Shown here: one piece after another, positions 38,732-49,845 of the stretch
How positions within the stretch are numbered: the stretch's first letter is position 1
Layout of the letters: every line of letters begins with the position of its first letter
Assembly (NCBI GenBank): GCA_964016885.1
Contig: OZ024745.1
Location: 120,466,001 to 120,530,000 of the forward strand
DNA length: 64,000 bases
DNA from: Eledone cirrhosa
Taxonomy: Eukaryota
Direction of reading: 5' to 3'
Notes under the pieces: model-generated
Database searches by the model: none
Told to the model about the DNA's origin: nothing
Seen by the model: only the letters and a program-made list of their open reading frames with translations
Position numbers and translations under genes: made by a program

Positions 38732-38803
38732 CTCCAGACAGTTTCTATCGACATCTTTGGGTAAGTCAAAGTTGGTAATCTTCAGGCGTTCATAAGGATA
38801 GAC
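38732..38803 (-). CDS. ABLIM: abLIM-like exon, villin headpiece N-subdomain (VYPYERLKITNFDLPKDVDRNCLE)
   Basis: ccatag acceptor, GAG|gtaaat donor, 72 nt. YPYE.L..TN..LP.DVDR..LE motif. Confidence 0.95.
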
Positions 38804-39462
38804 CTATGGAAGCAGAAGTGGATAAAATCAAAATAAAAGCTTGTTATAGATATCAAATAGAGAAACAGTGAATGTAAAAATGATTATTACAATCTATATA
38901 TAGAAGATGTCTTTCATACAGACAATGAAATATCTCATCGTACTAAGTTGTTGAGTAACATCTGATGACTTTCATACTATGTATTTACAGATATTAGTTG
39001 CAATTTGGAGTTATGAAGAATAAGTTAACCCTTTCATTACCATAACTCTCATGAAAGGCACTGGCAATGGTTTTCAAATCAGTTTGAAAATAATAAAAAA
39101 TTTTGAAAGTTTTACTAATAACCAGGTCTTTGGAACATAACTTCACAAATGTTCTTACATAATTATGATGTAGATAAATATAAATACTATAAAATAAACA
39201 ACTTTGTAGCAGAGAATGAACAACAGTTTCAGACAGTTTGGTATTATAGTTGTTAAAGGAATTAGCTGAACTAGCAATGAAACTTGCATTCCAGATTTGA
39301 TGCATTCCCAGTTTACCACCAGTCGAGAATGTTAGCATGTATATTTATATTTTTGTTTGTGTTGTTTAGCTTCAGAACATATAGCTACTGTGTGTGTGTG
39401 TCTATATATATATGTGTGTGTGTGTGTGTATATATACACACACACACACACAGTATATATAA

Positions 39463-39750
39463 GCGCGTGACCTAGTGGTAAGAATGTTGGACTTATGATC
39501 ATAAAGTTGTGGGTTCAATTCCTGGACTGGGTTGTGTGTTGTGTTCTTGAGCAAAACACTTTATTTCATGCTGTTCCAGTATACTCAAATGAAAATGGGT
39601 ACCAGCAATAGCTGGGAGTTTAACCCTGCGATAGACTGGCATCCTGTCCAGGGGGAATGTATTGTACTCTCAGTCGCTTAACGCCATGGAAACCGGGATA
39701 AACACCGGCCTGATGACAGACCGGGCTTGTGACAGACTTTAGACTTAGAT
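39463..39750 (+). mobile_element. tRNA-derived SINE with Meta/V-like central domain
   Basis: tRNA head, GTGTTCTTGAGCAAAACACTT, AACCCTGCGATAGACTGGCATCCTGTCCAGGGGG, GGAAACCGGGATAA. Confidence 0.75.
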
Positions 39751-39987
39751 ATTTCTGTGAAGGCAAGCAGCTGAATGGTTAGGGTGTTCAAGTCACAATC
39801 ATAAGTTCATGAGTTCAATTCCTAGTAGCATGTTGTGTCCATGAGTAAGATACTTAATTTCATGTTGCTCTAACTGCATGGACACTTAAAACATTTAACA
39901 AAAGCATGGTACATATCACCAACTCATACTTGATTACATGCGACAGCAGTAGTACTATCTCAATGTACATAGCTTTTAGCTTCTTCT

Positions 39988-40214
39988 TTAACCCCTTAGC
40001 ATTTAAACCGGCCATATCTGGCCAGAATTCTCTCACTTCTTTCTGTTCAAACCATTCATAACTGGCTGTTCATACTGATGTTAAGGTATTGTTCTCAAAA
40101 TAAATAATATCAAAATCTCATTTTCGATATTATGTGAAATAATTATATGAAATAAAGTGTTTACCATGAAAATATATTAGTAAATATAGAGTAATGTAAA
40201 TACTAAAGGGTTAA
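39988..40214. mobile_element. TTAA-flanked MITE family B (also 45683-45884, 48692-48910, 50569-50797, 59834-60062)
   Basis: TTAACCC.TTAG...CTAAAGGGTTAA ends and shared internal GGCCAGAATTCT. Confidence 0.85.
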
Positions 40215-40370
40215 ATCAATCTATTTATCTTTTTACTATATTATTCAACTGCTGTCTGAGATTTTGTCTCTTAATTCCACAAGATTATATTTAATACATT
40301 TACGTCCAAATACACACTGATCATCAGTTTCAGTATTTAGTAATGTTAAATGTTAAGCTACTGCAGTTGT

Positions 40371-40897
40371 TCTTGGTATTGTGTGGCATCATCTTTCAGT
40401 ATTTATTAATCCAGGATCAAGCTGCGCTTGTACAACATCAGGCTGCCGACAGTGCTTTATGCGACCAAAACCTGGAAGAGCATGGCAAAGATAGAGAAAT
40501 GGCTGAACGCATTCCACCAGCAGTGATTGCGAAGGATCCTTCATGTATCCTGGCGTGACTGAGTGCGAAACCAGCAAATCCTGTGGAGAGCTGAGTCGTG
40601 AATATTGTAGAAGGTGGTAACGGAGCACTGGTGCCGCCTGGCTGGCCATATTCTGAACCTGCCCAACAAACGACACTAAAAAAACAGTGATGAACTGGAC
40701 TCCACCTGGGGGTAAATGGAAGTGGAGTTGTCCCAGGATTCCCTGGTGATGAATGTACCAAAAGGACCTGATGGTAGCCAACATCAATTGGCACAGATGT
40801 GAAAAAGCCGACACTGAACATGACCGTTGGCGATTACTTACAGCTTGATGTGCCAAAAGGTGCGGAAGAACCTAAAACTAAGAGAATGGTATATGTG
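40371..40897 (+). mobile_element. RTE-group LINE 3' fragment with 16-bp flanking direct repeat
   Basis: LRRILHVSWRD, LAGHIL, WTPPGGK motifs; AAGCTACTGCAGTTGT on both sides. Confidence 0.75.
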
Positions 40898-41548
40898 AAG
40901 CTACTGCAGTTGTAAATTTTCAGTTATTACTGTATTTCCTGACGCCAAAGATGCTTCATCCTCAAGGATGCACCTTAATTTTGATAACCAAAAATTTGAA
41001 AAAAAATAATAAAAAACCTTCATCCTCCAGGACGCATGGTTGATTTTTGAGACTTATTTTAGGAAAAAGTAGCATCTTCAATGCCGGGAAATATGGTATA
41101 TTTTACTTAATACTTTTGATCCAACCCATCCAAAACCACCTCTGCTTCTACGAAACCGGCCTCCCGTTTTAAAGAGTTTCTATTTAAATTAAAACTTTCC
41201 AACATAATTTTACTTTTGTTACATTATGCTACATATATTTTTTTTATTTTGGTCAATTGACAAGACTCCAGACCTCACTTGCTTACTGAGTCGGGTGGAA
41301 CTCATCAAATCGGACCAAGGAAACAATGTTTCCATTGGTCTTTCCATTGCTGATATGATCTAACAGTCACAACTCCTGGTAGAAGGAGCAACTTGAAATA
41401 AAGTGTCTTGCTCAAGGACATAACACATCGTCCGGTCCAGGAATGAAATTCACAACCTCAGGATTGAGATCCAATTCTCTAATAACTAAGATTGTTGGAT
41501 CTACTTACATAATGTTTTGATTCTTAAATAATTTCATGGATTACACCA

Positions 41549-41805
41549 ATGATGATGATGAGGAGGAGGAAAAGGAGACGAAGAAGATGGAAAAGGAAGA
41601 GAAGGAAAAAGAAAAGGAGGAGGAAAAAGAGGAAGAGGAAGAGGAGGAAAAAGAGGAAGAGGAGGGGAGGAGGAGGAGGAGGAAAAAGAAGAAGAAGGAG
41701 AAGAAGAAGAAGAAGAAGAAGAAGAAGAAGAAGAAGAAGAAGAAGAAGAAGAAGAAGAAGAAGAAGAAGAAGAAGAAGCAGCAGCAGCAGCAGCAGCAGC
41801 AACAG
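41549..41805. repeat. Compound trinucleotide tract (GAG/GAA)n (AAG)26 (CAG)7
   Basis: Directly visible; abuts the exon donor at 41814. Confidence 0.95.
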
Positions 41806-41814
41806 CCTACTTAC

Positions 41815-41919
41815 AGGAGGCTCAGATTCTGTATGCCAAGTATTGCGTTGGTAAGTCATCAGAGATACAGCTGGCCCATCATAAACACCAGGTTCCCCAG
41901 CTCGAGAGTAACTTGATCG
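41815..41919 (-). CDS. ABLIM: abLIM-like exon (RSSYSRAGEPGVYDGPAVSLMTYQRNTWHTESEPP)
   Basis: tttttcag acceptor, gtaagt donor, 105 nt, phase 0 to 0, open frame leading into the headpiece. Confidence 0.85.
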
Positions 41920-42080
41920 CTGAAAAATAAGTAGGAAAATTGTTACTTACTACCCCTGAAAGATTTCATATTGGAAAACAATAGAGTATGACCATATGTT
42001 AGAATGGTACTGTTAGTATTATGGACATAGTATAGACATGGTATGGTAAAATGGTTAACAAGTTTGTTTTGCAATCACAA

Positions 42081-42511
42081 GGTCCCAGGTCCAATCCCAC
42101 CATATCATTTACCATAGTCAAGTCCCAGGTCCAATCCTACCACATGTTATTTACCATAGTCAAGTCCCAGGTCCAATCCTACCACATGTTATTTACCATA
42201 GCCAGGTCCCAGGTCCAATCCTACCACATGTTATTTACCATAGCTAGGTCCCAGGTCCAATCCCACCATGTTATTTACCATAGTCAAGTCCCAGGTCCAA
42301 TCCTACCACATGTTATTTACCATAGCCAGGTCCCAGGTCCAATCCTACCACATGTTATTTACCATAGCTAGGTCCCAGGTCCAATCCCACCATGTTATTT
42401 ACCATAGCCAGGTCCCAGGTCCAATCCTACCACATGTTATTTACCATAGCCAGGTCCCAGGTCCAATCCCACCATGTTATTTACCATAGTCAAGTCCCAG
42501 GTCCAATCCCA
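42081..42511 (+). repeat. 43-45-bp minisatellite (about 10 copies) inside a tRNA-derived SINE
   Basis: Unit GTCCCAGGTCCAATCCTACCACATGTTATTTACCATAG; preceded by a tRNA-like head and followed by the SINE body also seen at 10620-10890. Confidence 0.85.
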
Positions 42512-42789
42512 CATGTCACCTTGGGCAATTGTCATTTACCATAGCCTCAGACTGACCTTTACAAGTGAAACTGGGAAGATAAGAAATGGTTGGAGACCTA
42601 CACCTGTAATTCAAAGGACCAGTCTTGTCTCTCATGTCATGATGAATCTCCCTGAGAATTATGTTAAGGGCTACATGTGTCTGTGGAATGCTCAAAACTG
42701 ATGGAAAACCATACCTGTGTTAGTGTAGCACTTATTCCTGTATCATATACATGTAGGTGGTGATGGTGGAGGCAACAGTACTGATGGTG

Positions 42790-43135
42790 ATGATGGTGAG
42801 TACAGCAGGGAGGTGAGCATGCTGGCGGGGGGTGGGGGTGGGGGGAGACGATGGTGGTGATGGTGATGATGGTGGTGGCGGCGGTAGTGATGATGATGGC
42901 AGTGGTAGTGATGATGATGGTGGTGGTGGTAGTGATGATGATGGTGGTGATTATGGTGATGATGATGTTGATGGTAGTGATGATGGTGGTGGTGATGGTG
43001 GTAGTAGTGATGATGGTGATGATGGTGGTCATGGTAATGATGATGGTGGTGGTAGTGATGATGATGGTGATGGTAATGAGGCAGGCAATCATGATGGGGG
43101 GTTAATGGCTATGATAGTGGTGATGATGATGATAA
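42790..43135. repeat. GAT/GGT low-complexity microsatellite
   Basis: Directly visible. Confidence 0.9.
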
Positions 43136-44756
43136 CAGCTAGTTGTAGTACCTTTGATTTTCTGTCTTCACTAATAGTTGAATCTGAAAAATACAACAAA
43201 ATATTTATCATAAATAATAAAATAAATATATCTTTTAATGTCCAGTATTGCCTGAAACTATATGAAGGATCATTGGCAGAGTCGTTAAGACGTCGGATAG
43301 AATGATTTACAATATTCGTCCCACCTCATTGCGCGCGCTGAGTTCAAATCCTGCCGAGGTCAACTTTGCCTTTCATCCTTTTGAGGTTGATAAAAAAAAA
43401 AAGTACCAGTCCAGTACTGAGGTCAATTCTTCCTCTATAGAAAACATTGGCTGTGTTCAGACCTGGAGAGGGTTGGGCTCTGCCAGGATTAAAAGTGCCC
43501 TAGACACACCGTATGTTGGTCCCGCTACGACTCCGTGAGGAGTTGTGGGATCTTTATCCTTAACCTTAAAAAACCTACAATGTTTACATTCATTTTAAAG
43601 GAAGTGATGAACTAATGAATGTGTTGTATTTTATTGAATTTTATCAATAAGTAATTTCTTTAAAGGTTTTGATTGTCTTTTACTATTAATTATTTTTGTG
43701 TTTCGTGTTCTTTTCTTTCACAGGATTTTCTTCAATAATGGTATATTCTAGCAAATGAAGTTATCCACTGCATTAACCTGTTGACTGCTGCATATATTTT
43801 ACACAGCTACAGTTGCTGGGAATTTTTTTTTCTTTTTTCCAGTAAAATGACTATTTTGATTGACAAATAAATTAGTAACCCTGTCTAGCTTTGAAGTTAT
43901 GAACTGTTGGAAACAAGTTCATAACTTTGAAGTTATGAACTGTTGGAAAGGAGTTCATAACTTTGAAGTTATGAACTGTTGGAAAGGAGTTCATAACTTT
44001 GAAGTTATGAACTGTTGGAAAGGAGTTCAGACATGTTAGGATGAGTTATCTCGTCTGTGGCACTGAAGAGGTTAATGTTTCTGTAATTGTTACATGTTAC
44101 TGCTTTCATTTGGTTTTCTATCATAACTTTATTCCTTTCTGCTTCCAGAAACTGTCTTTTGGGTTACAGTTTCTATTAGGTAAAGTTAGTTAAATTCTGT
44201 TCTAAACCAAAATCTCATCGGGCCAGTGCTTATCCCAGGTTTCCTTGGTGTTAAGTGACTGAGAGTACAAAACTTTCCCTGGAGAGGATGCTGGTACTCA
44301 CTCTTAGCTGAGTGTACTGGAGCAATATGAAATAAAGTGTTTTGCTCAAGAACTCAATGTAGCAGCTTGTCCAGGAATCAAACTGAACACAGTATGATTG
44401 TATGTAGGGTGGTGGATTGGCAGTATCGGTAGGGCGTCAGATACCATGCTTTATAGCATAGAGTTATGGCCCTTTACGTTCTAAGTTCAAATCCCGCCGA
44501 GGTTAGCTTTGCTTTTCATCCTCACGGGGTTGATAAAATAAAGTACCAGTAATGCACTGGGGTCGATTTAATCGACTTTTCCCTCCCCTACAAATTACTG
44601 GCCTTCTGCCTAAAGTAGAAATCACTATGTATATCAAGCATCCTAACCATTAGGTCATCTATTCATCTATATATATATATAAAAAGAAAAACGTCTGTCT
44701 GTTTGTTTGCATGACAATGCATTTCCAAGAGTTCTGGGGCTATTTAAAGATGGCCA

Positions 44757-45332
44757 TGTTGATAAAAGAGTGGGGGGGTCTTTATTTACAGTGGCTAAGA
44801 TATGTCCGATAACGACAGGCTCTTTTGTTAGTATATATGTTGCGAAATCTGTCCACACTTTGACACCTGGGTGACATTTAATGGTCAAATTCTGGATTAC
44901 CTCCTTTTTGGCATAAACAAGTCTATGCATGGGCGATCTCTAAAGGTCACGCCAGTTGTTCTCAAGGCAGGGGACAGAGGAAGAGACAGATATAAATAGC
45001 CTGTCTTAGACCAACCACCAGGGAGTTCGGAGTAGTTCCTGATAGAGTAACGATGTAAAACATTTGCTTTCTACAGACCCCTTGGGGTCCACAGACTAGT
45101 ACTCTCTCTCTCTCCGGGTCTTACAGACTCTCACCTTCTCTTGTCACTGAGTTTTGACTACTACCTTGCTGCTATTATTAATGAACATCTCTTGCCACTC
45201 TCTATAACAAAATAAGAACAAAAACATTGTCAACTTTTATGATTCTTTGTTCCTTTATTAACTGAAGTGAAGGAAATTTTATATTTAAACGAAACTATTT
45301 ATTTTGTCGTGTCCTTTCACCTCTAACAACAC
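44757..45332 (+). mobile_element. Possible solo LTR following a Helitron-like 5' end at about 44666
   Basis: TGTTG...CAACA ends and internal TATAAATA; no matching target-site duplication seen. Confidence 0.4.
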
Positions 45333-45350
45333 TTATTAACCTGGCTTCGC

Positions 45351-45389
<39 letters not shown>

Positions 45390-45409
45390 CATTGCAATAT
45401 AAAACACAC

Positions 45410-45538
45410 AGTTTGAGAAAAATGTTCATTACCACTAATTTTTCTGTCATCTGACTGATTGCTAGAATCCATGTGGTTTGCATGCTTAACATCGGACGAT
45501 GTTGGAGATGTTGATGATTCATCCATTTCATAGTATCT
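45410..45538 (-). CDS. ABLIM: abLIM-like exon (RYYEMDESSTSPTSSDVKHANHMDSSNQSDDRKISGNEHFSQT)
   Basis: Long pyrimidine tract plus atcag acceptor; gtgtgt donor gives 129 nt, phase 0 to 0. Low-complexity linker, so the donor choice is less certain. Confidence 0.7.
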
Positions 45539-46009
45539 CTGATAAAAATAACAATAAGAAGAAGAATATAATAATAATTGAACTATCACAAGGGTAGGAG
45601 ACACAGATGGGAATGAATAAAACATAACAAAAGTTAAGATTAATGGAAGAAATCACTGAATGCAGGCTATAAACCAGAGCATTTAACCCTCTAGTATATA
45701 TACTATTATATTTTCATGGTAAAGGCTTTACTTCACTTAATATCGAATCTATGAGATTTTGATATTATTTATTTTGAGAAAAATACCTTAACATCAGTAT
45801 GAGTGGCAGGGTACAGCTGGTTTGAACTGAAAGAGATGAAAGAATTCTGGCCAGTAACAGCCAGTTTAAGCGCTAAAGGGTTACTAGGCCGCTCTGCCAT
45901 CCAAGTTTCCAGGAATTGCTTGCGGTAACTTACCATACTATCTCACTTACTTGCCTTGTCATAAATGTATTTTAGAGCATTGTGAAATCAAGAATGACTG
46001 ACTTCCTAA

Positions 46010-46200
46010 ATCCAGACTAACATGACCTTTGTGGTAGCAGAGATACTTAACTCAGCTTCTATACAACTTTAAGAGAGGTCTCAAACACAGGTATTGAATA
46101 TCTTGATTTCAGCAAAGACTTCAACAGCTGACCACAACATTCTGTTAAAAAAGCTATCTAGCATTGGAGTCCATGGAAAACTACAGCAGTATATCAGTTG
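46010..46200 (+). pseudogene. CR1/L2-type reverse transcriptase fragment
   Basis: YLDFSKDFNTADHNILLKKLSSIGVHG. Confidence 0.7.
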
Positions 46201-46452
46201 TTAATGATGTTTACATATAGAAAAAGTGTTACAAATACTGGCCAAAAATTATTCATAGTCTTATGCCATATGTAGAAATATTTGCAAACTGATCAGACAG
46301 ACTTGAATAGACATACTTTTCTGATGAGGTCGAATAGACTGAAATATACCTTCAAATAAAGATTATACTTTCCACTAAGCATGTAAACTTTAAGAGATGA
46401 AGTCTTAAGTTCTTGAAATTGCTGGTAGAAGAAAGTAATTTGAAAGTAATTG

Positions 46453-46510
46453 AAGGTAACATGCCATATGCAAACAAAATGCATTTTGTTTGCATATGGC
46501 ATTTTACCTT
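46453..46510. repeat. Loopless palindrome, 42 bp perfect core
   Basis: ATGCCATATGCAAACAAAATG|CATTTTGTTTGCATATGGCAT at 46461-46502, extended by AAGGTAA/TTACCTT. Confidence 0.95.
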
Positions 46511-46844
46511 AATTTATTTATTCAAATTCATGTAATTAGCTTATTTGAGTTATTTTCCTTTCTTAATTTTATTACCATTATTTTACGGGTAAAACCAGCT
46601 GGCGGGAGACCCAGGGGTAGACCCCGAGCAAGATGGTTGGGTAACTTCCATGAGATTGGCTGGTCTCACTTGGGGATCCAGCCAGATCAGTCAGAGACGG
46701 TTGCTTCTGACACGACCTGCTGGAAGGAGTGTTTGAGGACTATGCCCACATGACTCTCTCAAGAATAAGTGGAAGACGAAGAAGACGAAGAAGAAAAAGA
46801 AGAATGATTATCACGATAAAGATATGTAAAAGTGTTGAACTCAC

Positions 46845-46933
46845 AAAATCTAATGGCCCACCATACATTCCTGACAAAGGTAGAGTCGCAGCTCGTTGTG
46901 ATATGCCATAATCACCGTAGCCAGGTTTAGGAA
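46845..46933 (-). CDS. ABLIM: abLIM-like exon (VPKPGYGDYGISQRAATLPLSGMYGGPLDF)
   Basis: ttgtag acceptor, gtgagt donor, 89 nt, phase 1 to 0. PKPGYG and R.ATLP motifs. Confidence 0.85.
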
Positions 46934-48225
46934 CTACAATGGAAACAATTATAATTACAAAGCATTTTTTACTATATGCAGATATTCAAATGTGACAGTT
47001 TGTAAATGGAAGACAAAGTATGAAAGTTGAATAGTAACGAAAGCCTTAGTTTAAATGACTATATATTATATATATACACATACATATTTAAGATTTAGTC
47101 AGTAATATACATTACATCTTAATGAATAATATCACTTAGAATATAACTAGTCAATTCTGAGCCTTAATTGAGACAGTTCTATATTTGTATTTATATATAT
47201 ATACATACGGGGATGGTGGAAGCATTACTGAATTGGAAAGGGGACAGGTCAAATTTGGTCAATTCAGTTGTAGTGATTAGTTTAGCTGTTATTATCAAAT
47301 ATCAACCAAGATATAAAAAAAAACTTTGATATGCAATAAATATAACATGTACATAAATTGTAGCACATATACAAAGAGATGTGTGTTTTGGTAATTTGGG
47401 GAGAAAAATATAATTATTGGGAGAAGTTTCACCGCCCCTGATATATATATATGTGTGTGTATGATAACTGTCAATTGATCCATTGGGTAATAGTATTAAA
47501 AGGCACCAATTAATTGTGAAACAGTTACAATATGATTGATGGATAATCCACAATTTTTAAATAACTCTACCAAATTCTACATCTTTGTATTGAATTCTAT
47601 TGTTCAAAATTAATTACTACCATTGCTACTGTTGCACTATTTCTCACCGTTGAACTTGGAGACTAGAGCTGTATGCTACCATTCTATTGCGATTGGAGAC
47701 TGAATTTTTCTAATAACCAATTTTTCACTAACTTGTTAATTTGTGTTTGAGATATGTTGGCTGAGAGCTTATGACGGGAGCGGAACTATTTGAATTACGT
47801 TTCCTGCCATCACGTAAATTTCTAAATCGGTAGCCAATCAGGAGACAGCATTGTGATGCGTAGAGATTCCAGTTGCTAATCGTTTTACTGTGTTGGCCGT
47901 CACTTACATTCATAGCTGACATGGGGTCGAATTCTGTCAATCGATTGGTTATTGATTAGGTGAAGCCTGCTGATGTGCATTGTTGCATAATATATGCGGA
48001 CAGAGGGTGCAGTGCACTCTACTGCTGCATTATGTGTGGCTGAAACTTGAGTTCAGGAACTATTGAAGGTACCTGTTTACTTGTGTTGTATTGAAGCAAA
48101 TAACTATGTGTATACTCTGGGAGTTTGTTTAACATTACCTATTGAGTACGCTGAGATGCAACCGGTCCTAACAGCGATACCTGTGCTAGTTTCGTCAACG
48201 TATTATATATATATAATGATAATAT

Positions 48226-48394
48226 TGAAGTATAAGTCAACAGGTTAGAATTTAGCTCATTTATTCCTTACACAATTGCTGTTATACACATTTCGGTGAT
48301 AAATGTTATGCAACATTTATCACCAAAATATGTATAACAGCAATTGTGTAAGGAATAAATGAAGTAAATTCTAACCTGTTTACTTTAAACTTCA
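48226..48394. repeat. About 170-bp foldback palindrome
   Basis: Arms centred on GGTGATAAATGTT-ATGC-AACATTTATCACC. Confidence 0.9.
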
Positions 48395-49410
48395 TTATAA
48401 AAGTTATACTCCAGAGTATGCAGACCTACACGTATACTTAGTTGAGTGCTTTATTCTGCCTACACAAGTGTTGGTTTTTTAACTAACACATATTATACCA
48501 AATATTTATCTATATGTCTATATCTATATATATATATGTGTGTGTGTGAGTGTATGTGTATGTATAATATTTTCTCACTTTGTTTTAGGGGGATTGTTTA
48601 TTTTTCGAGAGGAAACTTCAGTTAAGATAAATATTCTCGAAGTGACAACATTATTATAACTATATAATCAGTAGAGGTTTAAAGTTGACAATTAACTCTT
48701 TAGTATTTATATTACTCTATATTTACTATTATATTTTCACAGTAAAGGTTCTACCTCACATAATTATCTCACATATTATCGATCTATGAGATTTTGATAT
48801 TATATATTTTGAGAACAATACCTTAACATCAGTATGAGCAGCCAGTTATGGCCAGTTTGAACAGAAAAAGGTGAAGGAATTCTGGCCAGATATGGCCAGT
48901 TTAAATGCTACCAACAAATAACACTACAAGAAATAGCAAATCATACAATTTATATCATAACTTTAATCTTCTGGGCGCTGTAGGCAACTTATGTCGCCGC
49001 TAGAGTAATCTCCCCTCAATTCAATATGCAGTATCAAGGGAAGTAATTCAGCATGCTGAAGGTTAAGATATTTTCATTGTTACTATTAAAATTATAATTT
49101 ATTTCTGTCCTCATTGTTATCTTCGATATCAGAGTTATTATAACCATCATCACTTTTGTTTCATCTTTTGTTATTGCTATTGTGTTCTTTTTTTATACGC
49201 AGAAACCCCCATTTGTACCATCTTTAATGTTTGCCTTTATGTAAACCCTTGTGGTTAATAAAGAAATCATCATCATTATTACAACCCTTTACGATCAGAG
49301 TTCAAATCCCGCCGAGGTTAACTTTGCCTTTCATCCTTAAGAGGTCGATAAAATGAAGCACCAGTAATGCACTGGGGTAATTGCTGGCCTTGTGCCAAAA
49401 GTAGAAACAC

Positions 49411-49441
<31 letters not shown>

Positions 49442-49520
49442 CATTATTATTACCATCAACATTATTATGAATATTATAATCGTTATTATATAACATGAAT
49501 AAAAGAAATTATTATATTTA

Positions 49521-49845
49521 CTAGCAGAAAAACCACCGTTTGGGTGGTTTTCTGCTAGTATGTGTAGTGTGTATATTGATATTATACGCAAGTATACATG
49601 TATATATGATATATCAAATAAAATCGTAATTGACAATATAAACAGAAATTGAATGAAGACGTTGTTACACTGTCTTATGTAAATTATTTATTTTTACGAA
49701 ATTATTTTTGTTTACGAAATTTAGTAGATAAATTATGTAATATTCATTCATTATTTATTCAAAGTAATCCAACTTATTTTACTAACGGGATAAAAAAAAA
49801 AAAAACGTACGCAGTCTCGCAGACCTTCCTTTATTATAGTTTAGA
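49521..49845 (-). mobile_element. Non-autonomous Helitron
   Basis: 5' TCTAAACTATAATAAAG; 3' hairpin AAAACCACCC..GGTGGTTTT then CTGCTAG|T; inserted between A and T. Confidence 0.7.

Noticed and set aside
41524-43305. Poly-K/Q/R/L and G/D-rich ORFs
   Set aside because: Trinucleotide microsatellite translations; only 41815-41919 is a real exon.
43451-43560. Twister-ribozyme-like GAGGGTT motif in a three-copy repeat (also about 56633 and 63316)
   Set aside because: The other twister core segments could not be placed; the GTGA-capped hairpin fits an ordinary SINE/LINE 3' stem-loop.
47728-47940. 70-aa ORF as an abLIM exon
   Set aside because: No abLIM motif or phase-compatible splice pair; neighbouring exons join cleanly (YP-VPKPGYG).
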